Under the pieces are notes generated by a model, which saw only the letters and a program-made list of their open reading frames with translations, was not told the origin of the DNA and did not search any database. DNA of 63,429 nt, filler included, from Chiloscyllium plagiosum (lineage: Eukaryota), in NCBI RefSeq assembly GCF_004010195.1. It is 4 parts of one record of this genome, joined end to end, with 100 filler letters (N's around TTAATTAATTAA, not from the genome) between each part and the next. Parts side by side here need not be neighbours in the genome. Positions count along the whole stretch, not along the records: positions 16,782 to 35,198 come from NC_057714.1; positions 35,299 to 61,418 come from NC_057714.1; 2 more parts are not named here. One strand, 5' to 3'. Below, piece by piece: positions 25,677 through 38,310 of the stretch. Both the position numbers and the translations under genes were made by a program. Every line of letters begins with the position of its first letter. The stretch's first letter is position 1.

Positions 25677-26417
25677 TGACAATATGGATGATTGTCTGTC
25701 AGCCTGTGGTCCCTGCTTTTTCAGTGGTTAAGTCCTCCCAAGCCAAGTAAAGGCAAACTGTCTCATCAGCACCAACTAAACAAATTGACCACTGGACCCA
25801 GGCAGGATAAACACCAAACAGATGCTAATCTGTCCTGCCTTTACTGTGGAAAGTAATAATGAGCCACAAAACTGCAGAAATGGACAACCAGCTCATTTCC
25901 TGCATCTTATGGTTGCTCTTCTGTCCATACCTCTTACAGCAGGGAGATGCTGTTTATAATCACTCTGCATTTTGAATTGGCCCTCTAGTTTGCTGAATAA
26001 ATAACCATGATGTTCCGGTCTTATTTCAGAGGTTTTTAAATGATCAGTAGAATTAGCTGCAAAGGAACAGGAACTGATGGGGCGACTTCGCTTTTTGTGG
26101 GAGGTGGCTAGAATACTTTCATCTCTACATCAGCGTCAACAGCATGTACCAAAACTAGTTCTAATCCAGTTTTTCTACTTCTGTCCCTCCCTCAAATTTA
26201 TTTTCAGTAGATATTCATGACCTAGCCCTTGACATACAAGACATGGTTTCAATGTGCACCAATGTTGTGAAACAGGGAACAGTAAAAAACTGGAAGAAAT
26301 CTTCAGGAATACATGGTCTGGTGGAATTAGAGACATGGCATTTGAAACTTCACTCAGAAAAATACATTTCAGTGGGAAGAACGCAAGAGGCAAGACAAAT
26401 GATACAATTGTTCAAAA

Positions 26418-26560
26418 GTTCACAGAGGCCAGTGTCCCAGCACCAACCCACCATTTATTTACACTTCTTGAGTCTTTGATGTTTATCCAGCTCCCTCAGA
26501 GCCAACTCTCAGAGTGAGCAGGATCTCTGAAACTCCTGGACTCCCGATTGGACCGGATTC
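26418..26560 (-). mobile_element. Partial Gypsy-family LTR
   Basis: CACAGAGGCCAGT...CTCAGAGCCAACTCTCAGAGTGA is shared with the LTR at 55693 and, less exactly, with the LTR at 41296. Confidence 0.75.
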
Positions 26561-27065
26561 ACAGGGTCGAAAAGTGTGGCGCTGGAAAAGCACAGCCAGT
26601 CAGGCAGCATCCGAGGAGCAGGAGAATCAACATTTCGGGCAATGGTCCTTCATCAGGAATGTAGGGTTGGGTGAAGAGGGCTGAGAGATAAATAGGAGGG
26701 TGGGGGTGGTGGGTGGGGCTGGGGGAAAGGTAGCTGGGAAGGCGATAGGTAGATGCAGGTGGGTGAGTGAAGCAGAAGGGTGGAAAGGAAGATGGACAGT
26801 TAGGGTAGGTCATGAGGGCGGTGCCGAGTTGGAGGGTTGGATCTGGGATGAGGTGGGGGGAGGAGAGGTGAGGAAACTGATGAAATCGATGTTGATGCCA
26901 TGTGGTTGGAGGGTCCCAAGGCGGAGGGGGAGTTGAAGTGGTCAAACATGGGGCGGTGGGGTTGTTTGGTGCATGTGTCCCAGAGATGTTCCCTGAAACA
27001 TTCTGTGAGTTTGTGTCCTGTCTCCCCAGTGTAGAGGAGGCCACATCGAGAGCAGATGAGGTGTT
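26561..27065 (-). mobile_element. PLE 3' fragment with degenerate hammerhead
   Basis: Similar to 16293-17030. The reverse strand reads CTGATGAAGGACCATTGCCCGAAATGTT. Confidence 0.82.
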
Positions 27066-27079
27066 TGGCTAATATACTG

Positions 27080-28070
27080 GCATGGAGATTAGCTGGAGCT
27101 GCACAGGAGGATTTAAACTATTAAGGCGGGGTGTGGGACTAGGGAGATAGTGAGGAAAGAGATCAATCTGAGACTGGTACAGTTGAGAACCGAAGTGAGT
27201 CAAACAGTCAGGGCAGGCAGGAACAAGGTAGGACTGATAAATTAAACTGCATTTATTTCAATGCAAGCGGTCTAACAGAGAAGGCAGATCAACTCAGGGC
27301 ATGGTTAGGAACGTGGGACTGGGACATCATAGCAATTACAGAAATGTGGCTCAGGGATGGACAGGACTGGCAGCTTCATGTTCCAGTATAGAAATGCTAC
27401 AGGAAGGACAGAAAGGGAGGCAAGAGAGGAGGGGGAGTGGCATTTTTGATAAGGGATAGCATTACAGATGTACTGAGGGAGGATATTCCTGGAAATAAAT
27501 CCAGGAAAGTTATTTGGGTTGAACTGAGAAATAAGAAAGGGATTATCACCCTATTAGTCAGTGGGAAATTGAGAAAAATATTTGTAAGGAGATCTCAGTT
27601 ACCAGTAAGAATAATATGGTGGTTATGGTATGGAATTTTAACTTTCCATACATAGACTGGGACTGCCATAGTGTTAAGGGTCTAGATGGAGAGAAATTTG
27701 TTATGTATGTACAAGAAAATTTTCTGATTCAATTTGTGGATGTACCTGCTCGAGACGGTGCAAAATGTGACCTACTCTTGGAAAATAAGGCAGGGCAGGT
27801 GACTGAGGTGTCAGTGGGGGAGCACTTTGGGGCCAGCGACCATAATTCTATCAGTTTTAAAATAGTGATGGAAATGGATAGACCAGATCTAAAAGGTGAA
27901 GTTCTAAATTGGAGAAAGGCCAATTCTGACGGTATTAGGCAAGAACTTTCAAAAGCTTTTGGGGGGCAGGTGTTCGCAGGTAAAGGGACGGCTGGAAAAT
28001 GGGAAGCCTTCAGAAATTAGATAACGAGAATCCAGAGAAAGTATATTCTTGTTCGGGTGAAAGGGAAGGC
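27080..28070 (+). mobile_element. CR1 LINE, start of ORF2 (APE domain)
   Basis: CIYFNAS, IIAITE.W, FNFPYIDW and GASDHNSI motifs. Highly similar to 2493-3110. Confidence 0.9.
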
Positions 28071-28462
28071 TGCTGGATGTGGAAGGATCCTTTGGGGCCT
28101 TGGATGGAGGTGGGAGGGGAGGTGTGGACACAGGGTGCAGGGCACAGTGGGGAGCAGCCCCAATCAGGGAACCCATATTCTATGTGTTTCACCCTTGTTA
28201 CCTTGTTGTCATCAATACAGATAGAGAAAACTGGATGTGCATTTACACAAAATTGGGAGATAGCAGAATATGTTGAGAAAGTTGTTTTGTTTTTAAAATG
28301 AGATCATCGACTATATTAATAAAGACACACGGAGTAACCTGAAGCCTCCAAAATGTGTGAATTTGTGTCAGGCAAGATGTGAACATGACAATAATTTCAA
28401 AACCAATCTGTACTTGCCTTGAAACTGGCCGTGCTAGCAGAGGTGAGGCTGGGACTAGACAA

Positions 28463-28778
28463 GGGTGGCCTGGTGGGTCAGTGGGTTACCACTGCTGTCT
28501 CACAGCACCAGGGACACAGTCTGTGTGGAGTTTGCACGTTCTCTCAGTGTCTGTGTGCGTTTCAACCGGAAGATTTGGTTTCCTGCCACAGTCCCAGTAC
28601 AAATTAGGTGGATTGGCCATGCTAAATTGCCCCATAGTGTTCAGGAATGTGCAAGCTGGGTGGGTTAGCCATGGGAAATTCAGGGTTACAGGGATAGGGT
28701 AGAGTGGTTGGTCTGGGTGGGAGAGTCAGCATATGCTCAATAGGCCGAATGGCCTGCTTCCACACTGCAGAGATTCTA
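28463..28778 (+). mobile_element. HE1-like V-SINE with B-box region deleted
   Basis: V-domain and tail match 4861-5160. Confidence 0.82.
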
Positions 28779-30544
28779 TTAACCAATCCACTTTGAAGAG
28801 TCAGCTCAGTCGCTAACAGCTTTTGAGTTGGCGACATGCCTCCATTTTCTCAAGTGGGTATTACTGTGGGTAAAGTGAGTAACAGAGTACTGTTTTAGTC
28901 CAGGAGGTGAAATGGTTGTCTTAAACCCAGTAAGCTTCGCTGCTTCACTTCCAACAATTACCCCTGGATTGCCTTCCCCCGCAAGTTGATGAAAGGTCTT
29001 TAACCACAAACACTGGGGCAGATTTCCCACTGGCCAGACAATTATTATCCCATTGTAGATTGGAGATTTGCTCAGGGCCCCTGCAGAATTCCCAGCGGAG
29101 TACACTCTGAAGGAATTGCCCAGGGAATTGAATTTTCTGCTGAGTGATTTCTCTAGACCTTGAACTCTCCAAACATCTCCATTTAAATCAGAAATTTCCA
29201 ATGAAATTAAGTAAAATAATCACTCAGGGCAATTTAGATTAACTCTTGAGTAACCAGTTAACAAACACTGTCTTATATCGCACACGTCCATCTACGCTTC
29301 TCCTGTACCCCTCAGACCACGCCCTCCACTTGAGAATTCAACCCCAGTTTTCTCCCTACCAGACCATGACCTGATGACCCCTCTGGAATCCAATCACCTC
29401 TCCTTCTCCCCTCCACTCCACCTGACCCAACATCTACTCTAAAGATGACATCATATAACCTGTCACCTTGCACCATACCCACCTGGCCTCTTACCCCTAC
29501 CCTATCTGGCATCCTACCACCTGACACCCTACACGATCCCCAGCTGGTAGGCGTCCAACTCTCCCAGCACCTTAACAAAATACGTAGCTTAAAATTTCCC
29601 CATGACAACCGCTGTCAAAGTGGCTGTCACGAACTTTAATGTGAAAAAGAAGAAAATGAGTCAATAAAAAAACAAAAAATAAGTCAACAGTCAGCAAGAG
29701 GCTCAAGCCAATGCCTTAAAGCTGTTGGTAACAGGTTTATCTGCAACTGGGTTAATCTGAGTGGCAGTGAAGTGGGGCCTTTACTTGGTCTTTAATTGGT
29801 CACTTGATGGCCTCAAGTGATCAAGGGCTGGAGTTGTCGACCATGAGCTTTCTCACCCAGAACCGGTTTCTGGTGGAAGTAGAAAGGTGTTTGGGCTGGT
29901 TACATCACTCTCACCTCGGTTACTACACTTTGTGTGCACCTCCCAGCTGACCGCCATCAAGTACAGAATGTTCCACCTAACGTGACTAAGCAATTTTTGC
30001 TACTGATTATATTTGAGAATACAATGATGAACATTCCTCTGAAAGCCTTTCAACATATTTCTGCTCCACTCCTGCATGAAACTTGTAATACTTCTAAACA
30101 TTGTTTTGGAAAGCTTCACGGAATCAAAATAAATAAAGAAGAGTGATGCTAAAACACAATTTGATAAAGTGAAAGATATAAATTGGGTAAATGTAAAGGT
30201 AATTTACTGAGTAGGTCAAAGAGCATAATGTAAGTACAAATTTTCAGAAGACATTTAATGAGCTGGCTCACAAATATCATGTTCAAAAAGGTTTATGTAA
30301 GACAAAAATGTAGTTGTATTGGTGGAATACTAGCTGATGAACATGATATAAAAAAGCCTGATTTTGACGCCCCATAGATATCAATATTTGCACATCCAGA
30401 GGAGCCCTTGTAATTCACAAATGTTCCTGGATGATCTGAAGGAGCCATGGTTACATGTCTACAGTGAATGACATTCTATCCCTGTGGGAAGCCAACCAGA
30501 GAGCCAAATCCAAATGTCTGCTTCTGATTGGCCTCACCACAAAT

Positions 30545-30898
30545 GGGGTGGCATGGTGGCTGAATGGTTAGCACTGCTGCTTCACAGTGCCGGACATATG
30601 AGTTCAATTCCAGCCTCAGGCAACTGTCTGTGTGGAGTTTGTACATCCTTCCCATGTCTGCGTAAGTTTCCTCTGGGTGTTCCGGTTACCTCCCACAATC
30701 CAAAGATGCACAGGTTAGGTGAATTGGCTCCGGTAAATTACCCATAGTGTTTAGGGATGTGTAAGGTAAGGGGCATTAGTCAGGGGAAATAAAAAATAAA
30801 TAGGGGAATGGGTCTGGATGGGATACTCTTCGGAGGGTGGGTATGGACTTGTTGGGCCAGATGACCTGTTTTCACACTGTAGGGATTCTATGATTCTG
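30545..30898 (+). mobile_element. HE1-like V-SINE
   Basis: A/B boxes, V-domain and GATTCTAT repeat tail. Confidence 0.88.
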
Positions 30899-31512
30899 TT
30901 GAAAACTGACACAAGTGATGGCCCTGACAAAGCTTTACTCACCTGTCTTGGGTATCTTTGGGCTGCCAGCTTGGACAACCTGCAAGTGTGACTGGCAGAT
31001 TACTAGAAAGGTCCAAATATAAAACAGTCGAAGCCAAACACCTGACAACGACTGATAAAGCATCATCATTAGGTCCATTTAATAGCAGCTTTGCTTGTTA
31101 CAAATCTCTGCTGTTGCCTAACATGAGATGTTGAGCCTCCAGAGGCAATGTGTTCATATCATTTGCACATATTTCATGAAGGAATCCTTTTTTTACCAAA
31201 TGGCTGCCTTTTCTTCTTTAAGACTGATATTCAAAAATTAAATTTAGGAAATACTCAGCAGGCCAGGTACTGCCTATAGAAGGAGAAACAGTGGAATTGT
31301 TCTAGGTCACAAGAGAGTGTAGTTTGGTGTGGATTTTGGAGTTAGTGTCGTTCCCATGATCTGCTGCTCTTGTTATTACAAGTGAGCGAATCACAAGCAT
31401 AAAAAGTGCCAAAGGAGAAATCTTGATGAGTTACTGCAGTGCATCTTGTAAATGGTGCATCCTACATCAGTGTGCATCAGTGGTCAAACCATTGGGTGTT
31501 TATAATGGTGGG

Positions 31513-32045
31513 TGTGCGACCAACCAATTGTATTTTGGACCTGGATGCTGTCCAAATAGTTATGGGAGTCTGTGGGTTTGAGGTAAATGTCCATCTGGAG
31601 AATGTCATCGGAGATGGAAATAGAGAGGTCAAGAAAGGGGAGGGAGGTGTCAGAGATGGACCAAGTGAATTTGAGGGCAGGGTGAAAGTTGTGGGCAATG
31701 TCAATGAACTGCTCCGGTTCAGCCTGGGTGCAGGACACTGCACTGATGCAGTCATCGAAGTGATGGCAGAAGAGTTGGGGTACAGTGCCTGTGTAAGTAC
31801 TGTAGAGGGACTGTTCAATATAGCCAACAAAGAGGCAGGCATAGCTGGGGTCTAGCTTGGGTCCGTCCAGGTGGCCATGGCACCCCCTTCATTTGGTGGA
31901 AATGGGAGGAGTTAAAGGAAAAGTTATTGAGGGTGAGGACTAGTTCATTGAGGCGGAGGACGGTATTGGTGGACAGGGACTGGATGGGTCTATTGGAGAG
32001 GAAGAAGTGGAAGGTGTGGAGGCCATCCTTGTGGGGTATGGACGA
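31513..32045 (-). mobile_element. PLE reverse transcriptase fragment
   Basis: NFHPALKFTWSISDTSLPFLDLSI...IY.KPTDSHNYLD. Confidence 0.85.
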
Positions 32046-32546
32046 TTATGCTGAAGTCAGGGATGTTGGGGGAGGTGAAGGAGTAGTGAGCATTTGGGGA
32101 GAGATGGAGCCGAGAGAGACAGAAAAGCAGTTAGGCAGACAAAGGAATGGGGATAGTATACCTGAAAGAAAGAAAAGATTTAGATTTAAATTTATTTAAT
32201 ATTGTCACTTGTACCATCAAGTCAGTCAATGTCCAGTGTCGGAGGAGGTGCGAGACCACCACAGCATGACCATCTCCAGTTCGGAGGTGGTGGACCCAGA
32301 ACCAATAACGCTGGTGGCAGCAGGAAAGGAGCACAATACCAGGATCCTCAGGACAATGTTGGACAGTGACGACAGGTGGAACAGAGACAATGAAGGTTAC
32401 TGAAAAGGAAAGGTCAATTTTTGAAGCTGTTTTGGGTTTAGCAGTATCAATTTAATATTAATTTATTCAGTATTTTAATATGTATACAATTTATTCTGTA
32501 ACGCACGACGGCGCTGGAACATGGCGACATTATCCATTTTTCATTG

Positions 32547-33895
32547 TACCTTTCCAAAAAACATGTAAATTCTGTCCTTCAGGCTTCCCTCCCACAACTT
32601 GGCCACCACTGATATCAGGCTCACTGGTCTATAGTTCCCTGGCTTTTCCTTACCACCTTTCTTAAATAATGGCACCACGTTAGCCAACCTCCAGTCTTCC
32701 AGCACCTCACCTGTGACTATCGATGATACAAATATCTCAGCAATCACTTTCCTAGCTTCCCACAGAGTTCTTGTGTACACCTGATCAGGTCCTGGGGATT
32801 TATTCACTTTTATGCAACTTAAGACGTCTGGCACCTCCTCCTCTGTAGTATGGGCATTTTTCAAGATGTTGCAGTTTATTTCTCTACATTCTCCATGCAC
32901 CATATCATTCTCCACAGTAAACACTGATGCAAAATACTTGTTTAAAATCTCCCCCATCTCCTGCAGTTCCACACATAGGTGGTCTTGCTGATCCTGAAGG
33001 GGCCCTATTCTGTCCCTAGTTGTCCTTTTGTCCTTAATATATTTATAAAATCCCTTTGGATATGCCATAACCCTATCTTCTAAAGCTATTTCATGTCCTC
33101 TTTTTGCCCTCTTGATTTCCCTCTGAAGTATACTCCTACTGCCTTTATATTCTAAGGATTCACTCAATCTCTCCTGTCTTTACCTGTCATATTCTACATT
33201 CTTATTCTTAACCAAAACCTCAATTTCTCTGGTCATCCAGCATTCCTTACATCTACCAGCTTTGTGCTTCACCTTAACAGAAAAATACTGTCTCTGGACT
33301 CTTGTTATTCCCATTTTTTAAGGCTTCCCATTTTTCAGCCATCTCTTTACTTGCAAACATCTACTGCCAATCACCTTTTGAAAGTTCTTGCATAATACCA
33401 TCAAAATTAGCCTTCTTCCAATTTAGAACTTTTATAACTGGTCTATCCTTTTCCATCACTATTTTAAAACTAAGAGAATTATGGTCACTGGCCCCAAAAT
33501 GCTCCCCCACTGACACCTCAGTCACCTACCCTGCCTTATTTCCCAAGAGTAGGTCAAGTTTTGCACCCTCTCTAGTAGGTACATCCGCACATTGAATTAG
33601 CAAATTTTCTTGTAGACACATAACAAATTCCTCTCTATCTAGACCCTTAACACTATGGCAGTCTCAGTCTATGTTTGGAAAGTTAAAATCCCCTACCATA
33701 ACCACCTTATTATTCTTACAGATAACTGAGATCGCCTTAATTGTTTTTTTCTCAATTTCCTTCTGACTATGAGAGGGTCTATAATACAATCCCAATAAGG
33801 TGATCATCCCTTTCTTACATCTTGGTTCCACCTAAATAACTTCCCTGAAGGTATTCCCAGAAATATACTCCCCAATTACAGTCATAATGTTATCT
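32547..33895 (-). mobile_element. CR1 LINE ORF2 fragment
   Basis: 208-aa ORF with KSPGPDQVY, EDWRLANVVPLFKKG and NYRPVSL. Same family as 2493-4275. Confidence 0.92.
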
Positions 33896-33896
33896 C

Positions 33897-33941
33897 TAAT
33901 ATATAAATTATATATAAAATATATTATATATATATTATATA
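33897..33941. repeat. AT-rich (TA)n-like microsatellite
   Basis: TAATATATAAATTATATATAAAATATATTATATATATATTATAT. Confidence 0.8.
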
Positions 33942-34188
33942 CAACTTTACAAAACTAGTCTTTCCCTCTAATATTACCCAAGTAACCTTAACAGTTCTTA
34001 AATGTCTATGCCCACAGACTAGCTTAGAATACGATTTGGGAGTGTTAGAAAGTGTGTACCTCTCAATTATGTTTGGTCGATCTGGATTTGAGGCTGTTCT
34101 TCCTGCTCCCAAGGTTCTTGCTTCTTGGTCCTGATATTCTCTGGAGTGTGTGTGAGAGACCCCTTTGATTTGAGTGGCTTCTTTTAAC

Positions 34189-34380
34189 GAAGATGAGGAG
34201 GTGCCAATGTTGGACTGGGGTGGACAAAGTTAAAAATCACACAAAACCCCCAGGTTATAGTCCTATAGGTTTATTTGGAAGTACTAGCTTTTGGAGCACT
34301 GCTCCTTTATCATTGTTGCTCCAAAAGCTAGTACTTCCAAATATATGTTGGACTATAACCTGGTGTTGTGAGATTTTTAA
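34189..34380. mobile_element. Fold-back mini-insertion, PLE family 2, with 11-bp TSD
   Basis: Inverted arms at about 34228-34308 and 34317-34382. TSD CTTCTTTTAAC at 34178-34188 and 34381-34391. Confidence 0.85.
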
Positions 34381-34488
34381 CTTCTTTTAACTGGTTATCC
34401 AGACTATTTCCAAGTACAGTGGCTCAGCAGTAGTTTGATGTAACAATGTAATTAGCATGATTTAAGTTGCACTTATCTCTCAGGAAGG

Positions 34489-34982
34489 TTGTTACAAAAG
34501 ACAGAACTGTCTATAGCCATCAACCAGCTCGTTGTGTATACTTGTCTGATCAAGCTGTAGTTTGCTGAAGTGTATACTAAAACCTGGACTTTATGAATAG
34601 TAACACAGAGTACAAAGCCAAGATGTTTTTTCAAAACCTATACAAAACATTTTAACCCCACCATGATGATAATTCCTAATTCTGGGTCTCCAAAAGCTGT
34701 GAAAGGGAGGGTTAAAGGTGAGGGTGGTGGTGGTGGGGAGGTGGAATGACATAGTGGGAATGTGCAATAAAGGGTATAAAAATGAAAGAAACACCAGGAC
34801 CCATGATTTCTTTTCGTGGCTGTTGTTCTTCTGCAAACAGTGTCTCAGTTTTGTTTATTCTGTGTGACTATTCATAAAGTCCAGGTTTTAGTACACACTT
34901 CAGCAAACTACAGCTTGATCAGACAACTATACACAATGAGCTGGTTGTTGGTTATAGACAGTTCTGTTCCTTTCTGCAATAA
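34489..34982. repeat. Long inverted repeat, MITE-like
   Basis: 112-bp arms at 34501-34612 and 34856-34967 with about 7 mismatches, around a 243-bp spacer. Confidence 0.85.
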
Positions 34983-35171
34983 TGTAATATTCAGACAGCA
35001 ACAACATCCAAAAGACTTTAATCTCACATCTAGCAGGGAAACCAATAATCCAAGGTACAAATGAGAATACTTTGAACTAACAGTGATGCAGTAATGCAAA
35101 ATCATAGTTAGACCCCACTTGGAGTATTCAGCAGATCCACGCACCTCAGTAAACTACACCTTGGTCAGACA

Positions 35172-35700
35172 ATCTCCAGCATCTGCAGACCTCACTTTNN
35201 NNNNNNNNNNNNNNNNNNNNNNNNNNNNNNNNNNNNNNNNNNTTAATTAATTAANNNNNNNNNNNNNNNNNNNNNNNNNNNNNNNNNNNNNNNNNNNNGC
35301 CACGGGGCGGTTTGGTTGATTGGTGCGGGTTTCTCGGAGATGTTCCCTAAAGCGCTCTGCTAGGAGGCGCCCAGTCTCCCCAATGTAGAGGAGACCGCAT
35401 CGGGAGCAACGGATAAAATAAATGATATTACTAGATGTGCAGATAAAACTTTGATGGATGTTGAAGGCTCCTTTAGGGCCTTGGTTAGAGGTGAGGGAGA
35501 AGGTGTAGGCTCAGGTTTTACAGTTCCTGCGGTGGCAGGGGAAAGTGCCAGGATGGGAGGGTGGGTCATAGGGGGGCGTGGACCTGACCAGGTAGTCACG
35601 GAGGGCACGGTCTTTGCGGAAGGTGGAAAGGGGTGGGGAGGGAAATATACCCCTGGTGGTGGGGTCTGTTTTGAGGTGGCGGAAATGTCGGCGGATGATC
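35172..35700 (-). mobile_element. PLE fragment spanning a linker gap (35199-35298)
   Basis: IIRRHFRHLKTDPTTRGIFPSPPLS...GTFPCHRRNCKT and the GIY-YIG YIGET region. Confidence 0.85.
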
Positions 35701-36239
35701 TTTTCCAGCACCATTCTAACCATAATATTGTTAGACAGAATCAACATGGCTTCATCAAAGGAAACAATGGGCTGGATTTTGCAGACCCTGCTGAGTGTGG
35801 TTTCTGTGGGAGAACATGTAAAATAGGGCAGGCTTCCAAGCTATCACCTTCCCAGTTATCCCCAAATCTACCCCATAATATGAAAAGTGGATGAATACCA
35901 ATGGCAATAACTTGCTCATCATGTGTTAATCAAAAAAAAAGGGTCAACTGAGCTTTTTCAAAATGCAACTTGACCCCAATTATATGCTGAATGTGCCATG
36001 AGATGGTTGGTGTGGGCAGCTGGGCAACAATGGGTAGCCCATTTTTCGGAAACGTTTAGAAGGGCAAGATGGAAAGTGGGGTGGCTACAATCTTCAGGAG
36101 GTACACCTTAACATCGAGGACAATCATCCAGGGATATGAGCACTCTATTCTTCCTACCTGCCTATTCTCCAAACTCCATCCCACTCTATCTCCCTCTGTT
36201 GGTCAAAGCTTCCTCCTGCCAGCCAAATATCCAGTCAGC

Positions 36240-37340
36240 CAACGATGACCGACTCAACACCGACATTTTATACAAACCCACTGATTCCCACAGCTACCTG
36301 GATTACACCTCCTCCCACCCTACCTCCTGCAAAAATGGTATCCAGTATTCCCAATTCCTCTGCCTCCACCGTATCTGCTCCCAGGAGGACCAGTCCCACC
36401 CGGGATGGCCTCCTTCTTTACAGACCGCAAATTCCCCTCCCAAGTGGTTGAAGATGCCCTCCAGAGCATCTCATCCACATCCTGCACCTCTGCCCTTGAA
36501 TCACAACCCTCCAACTGCAGCAAGGATAGAACCTTCCTGGTCCTCACCTTCCACCCCACTAATCTCCTCATAAATCGCATCATCTGCTGACATTTCCGCC
36601 ACCTCCAAACAGACCCCACCACCCGGGATATATTTCCTTCCCCACCACTATCCGCTTTCCAGAAAGACCGATCCCTCCGCGACCACCTGGTCAGGCCCAT
36701 GCTACCCAACAACCCACCCTCCCCTCCTGGCACCATCTCCTGTCATCACAGGAATTGCAAAACCTGCGCCCACACCTCCCCCCTCACCTCTGTCCAAGGC
36801 TCCAAAGGACTGTGAGCGCCTTCTCACAGTGCGATTTCAAGAACATCGCCAGGATACCCACACCAATCAACCCCACCACCCTGTGGCCGAATATTTCAAT
36901 TCCCCCTCCCACCCTCCTGAGGACATGCAGGTCCTGGGCCTCGTCCATTGCCACTCCCTCACCACCCAACACCTGGAGGAAGAATGCCTCATCTTCCACC
37001 TCAGAACCCTTCAACCCCATGGCATCAATGTGGACTTCACCAGTTTCTTCATTTCTCCTCATCCCAACTTACCCCAGTTCCAATCTTCCAGCTCAGCACC
37101 ATCCTCAAGACCTGTCCCACCTGTCAATATTCCTTCCCACCTATCTGCTCCACCCTCGTCTCTGACCTATCACCTTTATCCCCACCTCCATCCATCTATT
37201 GCACTCTCAGCAGCCTTACCCCCAGCTCCACCAACTCCCATTTATCTCTCCACATCCTAGGCTCCCAGCCTAAATGTTGATTTTCCTGCGCCTCGGATGC
37301 TGCTAGACCTGCTGTGTTTTTCCAGAAACACTCTAATCTT
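36240..37340 (+). mobile_element. PLE 3' half (RT C-terminus, linker, GIY-YIG end, terminal repeat)
   Basis: YKPTDSHSYLDY.SSHP, VAEYFNSPSH and LEEE.LIF.L.TLQPHGIN motifs. Confidence 0.9.
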
Positions 37341-37609
37341 CAGTATCCTCACACATGCAATCCCATTCTCTCAACCTAGTTACTGTTTGCTCACCAAGTC
37401 ACACCTTACCTGCCCATAGCTACATCCTGTCTAAACAGCCTCTCCAAATCACCACTACTCTATTTCCCAATGCCCACTGGACACATGCATATTGTGATTG
37501 TTCAGTAGGGGAACAAGTAATCAGACAATAACTTGCGCAAGTTTTTTATTTACTGGATTCAGGTGTAAATCAGGCCTGGCCTGTCTTGTAACACCCAATA
37601 CAGCTGTTG

Positions 37610-38057
37610 TGTATCCAGTCAGGGATCAGGCTAATTTGATTCTGGCAATATGTAATGAGGCACATTCAATACAGGATCTCAGAGTGAAAGAGTCCCTCGG
37701 GTACGATGACTTGGTAGAATTTAGCATTCAAGTTGACAGTGAGAAACTTGGGTGAAAACAACTGTACCAAACAAGCAAGGGTAATTACAAAAGAGTGAGG
37801 ATAGAGCTGGCTGGAGTGGACTGGGGAAGGGGTGTAGAAGCAAAGAAGGTGAGGAACAACGGTAGACATTTAACAAAATTGTTAGTGGCTTCCAACGAAG
37901 ATATATTTCAGTAAAAAAGAAGGATTCTGGGAAGGGGATAAGTTGACCATGGTTAACCAGGGAAGTTAAGGATAGCATCACATCGAAAGAAAAACAAAAT
38001 GTGGCAAAGATTAATAGCAAGCCAAAGGATTGGAAATGGTTTAAAAACCAAGAAAAT
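37610..38057 (+). mobile_element. Old CR1 fragment (resumes at about 41540-42430)
   Basis: Degenerate APE-linker sequence with PWLTREVKD. The downstream part has RPYLEYCV and LWNSL motifs. Confidence 0.7.
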
Positions 38058-38294
38058 TGTAACGGGTATAAGAAGGTCAGTCAATGGACCTCATGGAACA
38101 TGAGTTCCCTGATTGGGGCTGTTAGCCTGGTCCAATCAAGGAGGTCTGGCTGACAGATGTAAACAAGAGCGTCAAAGATTCTAGTTCCTCTAGGAACTGG
38201 CTCTGAACTAGCTGAGTCAGTGTCATGTTCTGTGTGTACATGTAAATAAAAGGTGACTTGATGATGGGATACTAGCCTTTGTAGAATTATTTAA
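38058..38294 (+). mobile_element. Gypsy-family LTR followed by a PBS-like GTGGCAGTAAGAG
   Basis: Starts TGTA and contains AATAAA. It is the reverse complement of 41296-41535 and 55693-55928. Confidence 0.8.
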
Positions 38295-38310
38295 GTGGCA
38301 GTAAGAGAAA

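Noticed and set aside
29857..29873. Perfect GRHL-type palindrome AACCGGTT with nearby variants
   Set aside because: An 8-mer is expected about once by chance in 63 kb, and it may lie in an old repeat. There is no conservation evidence.
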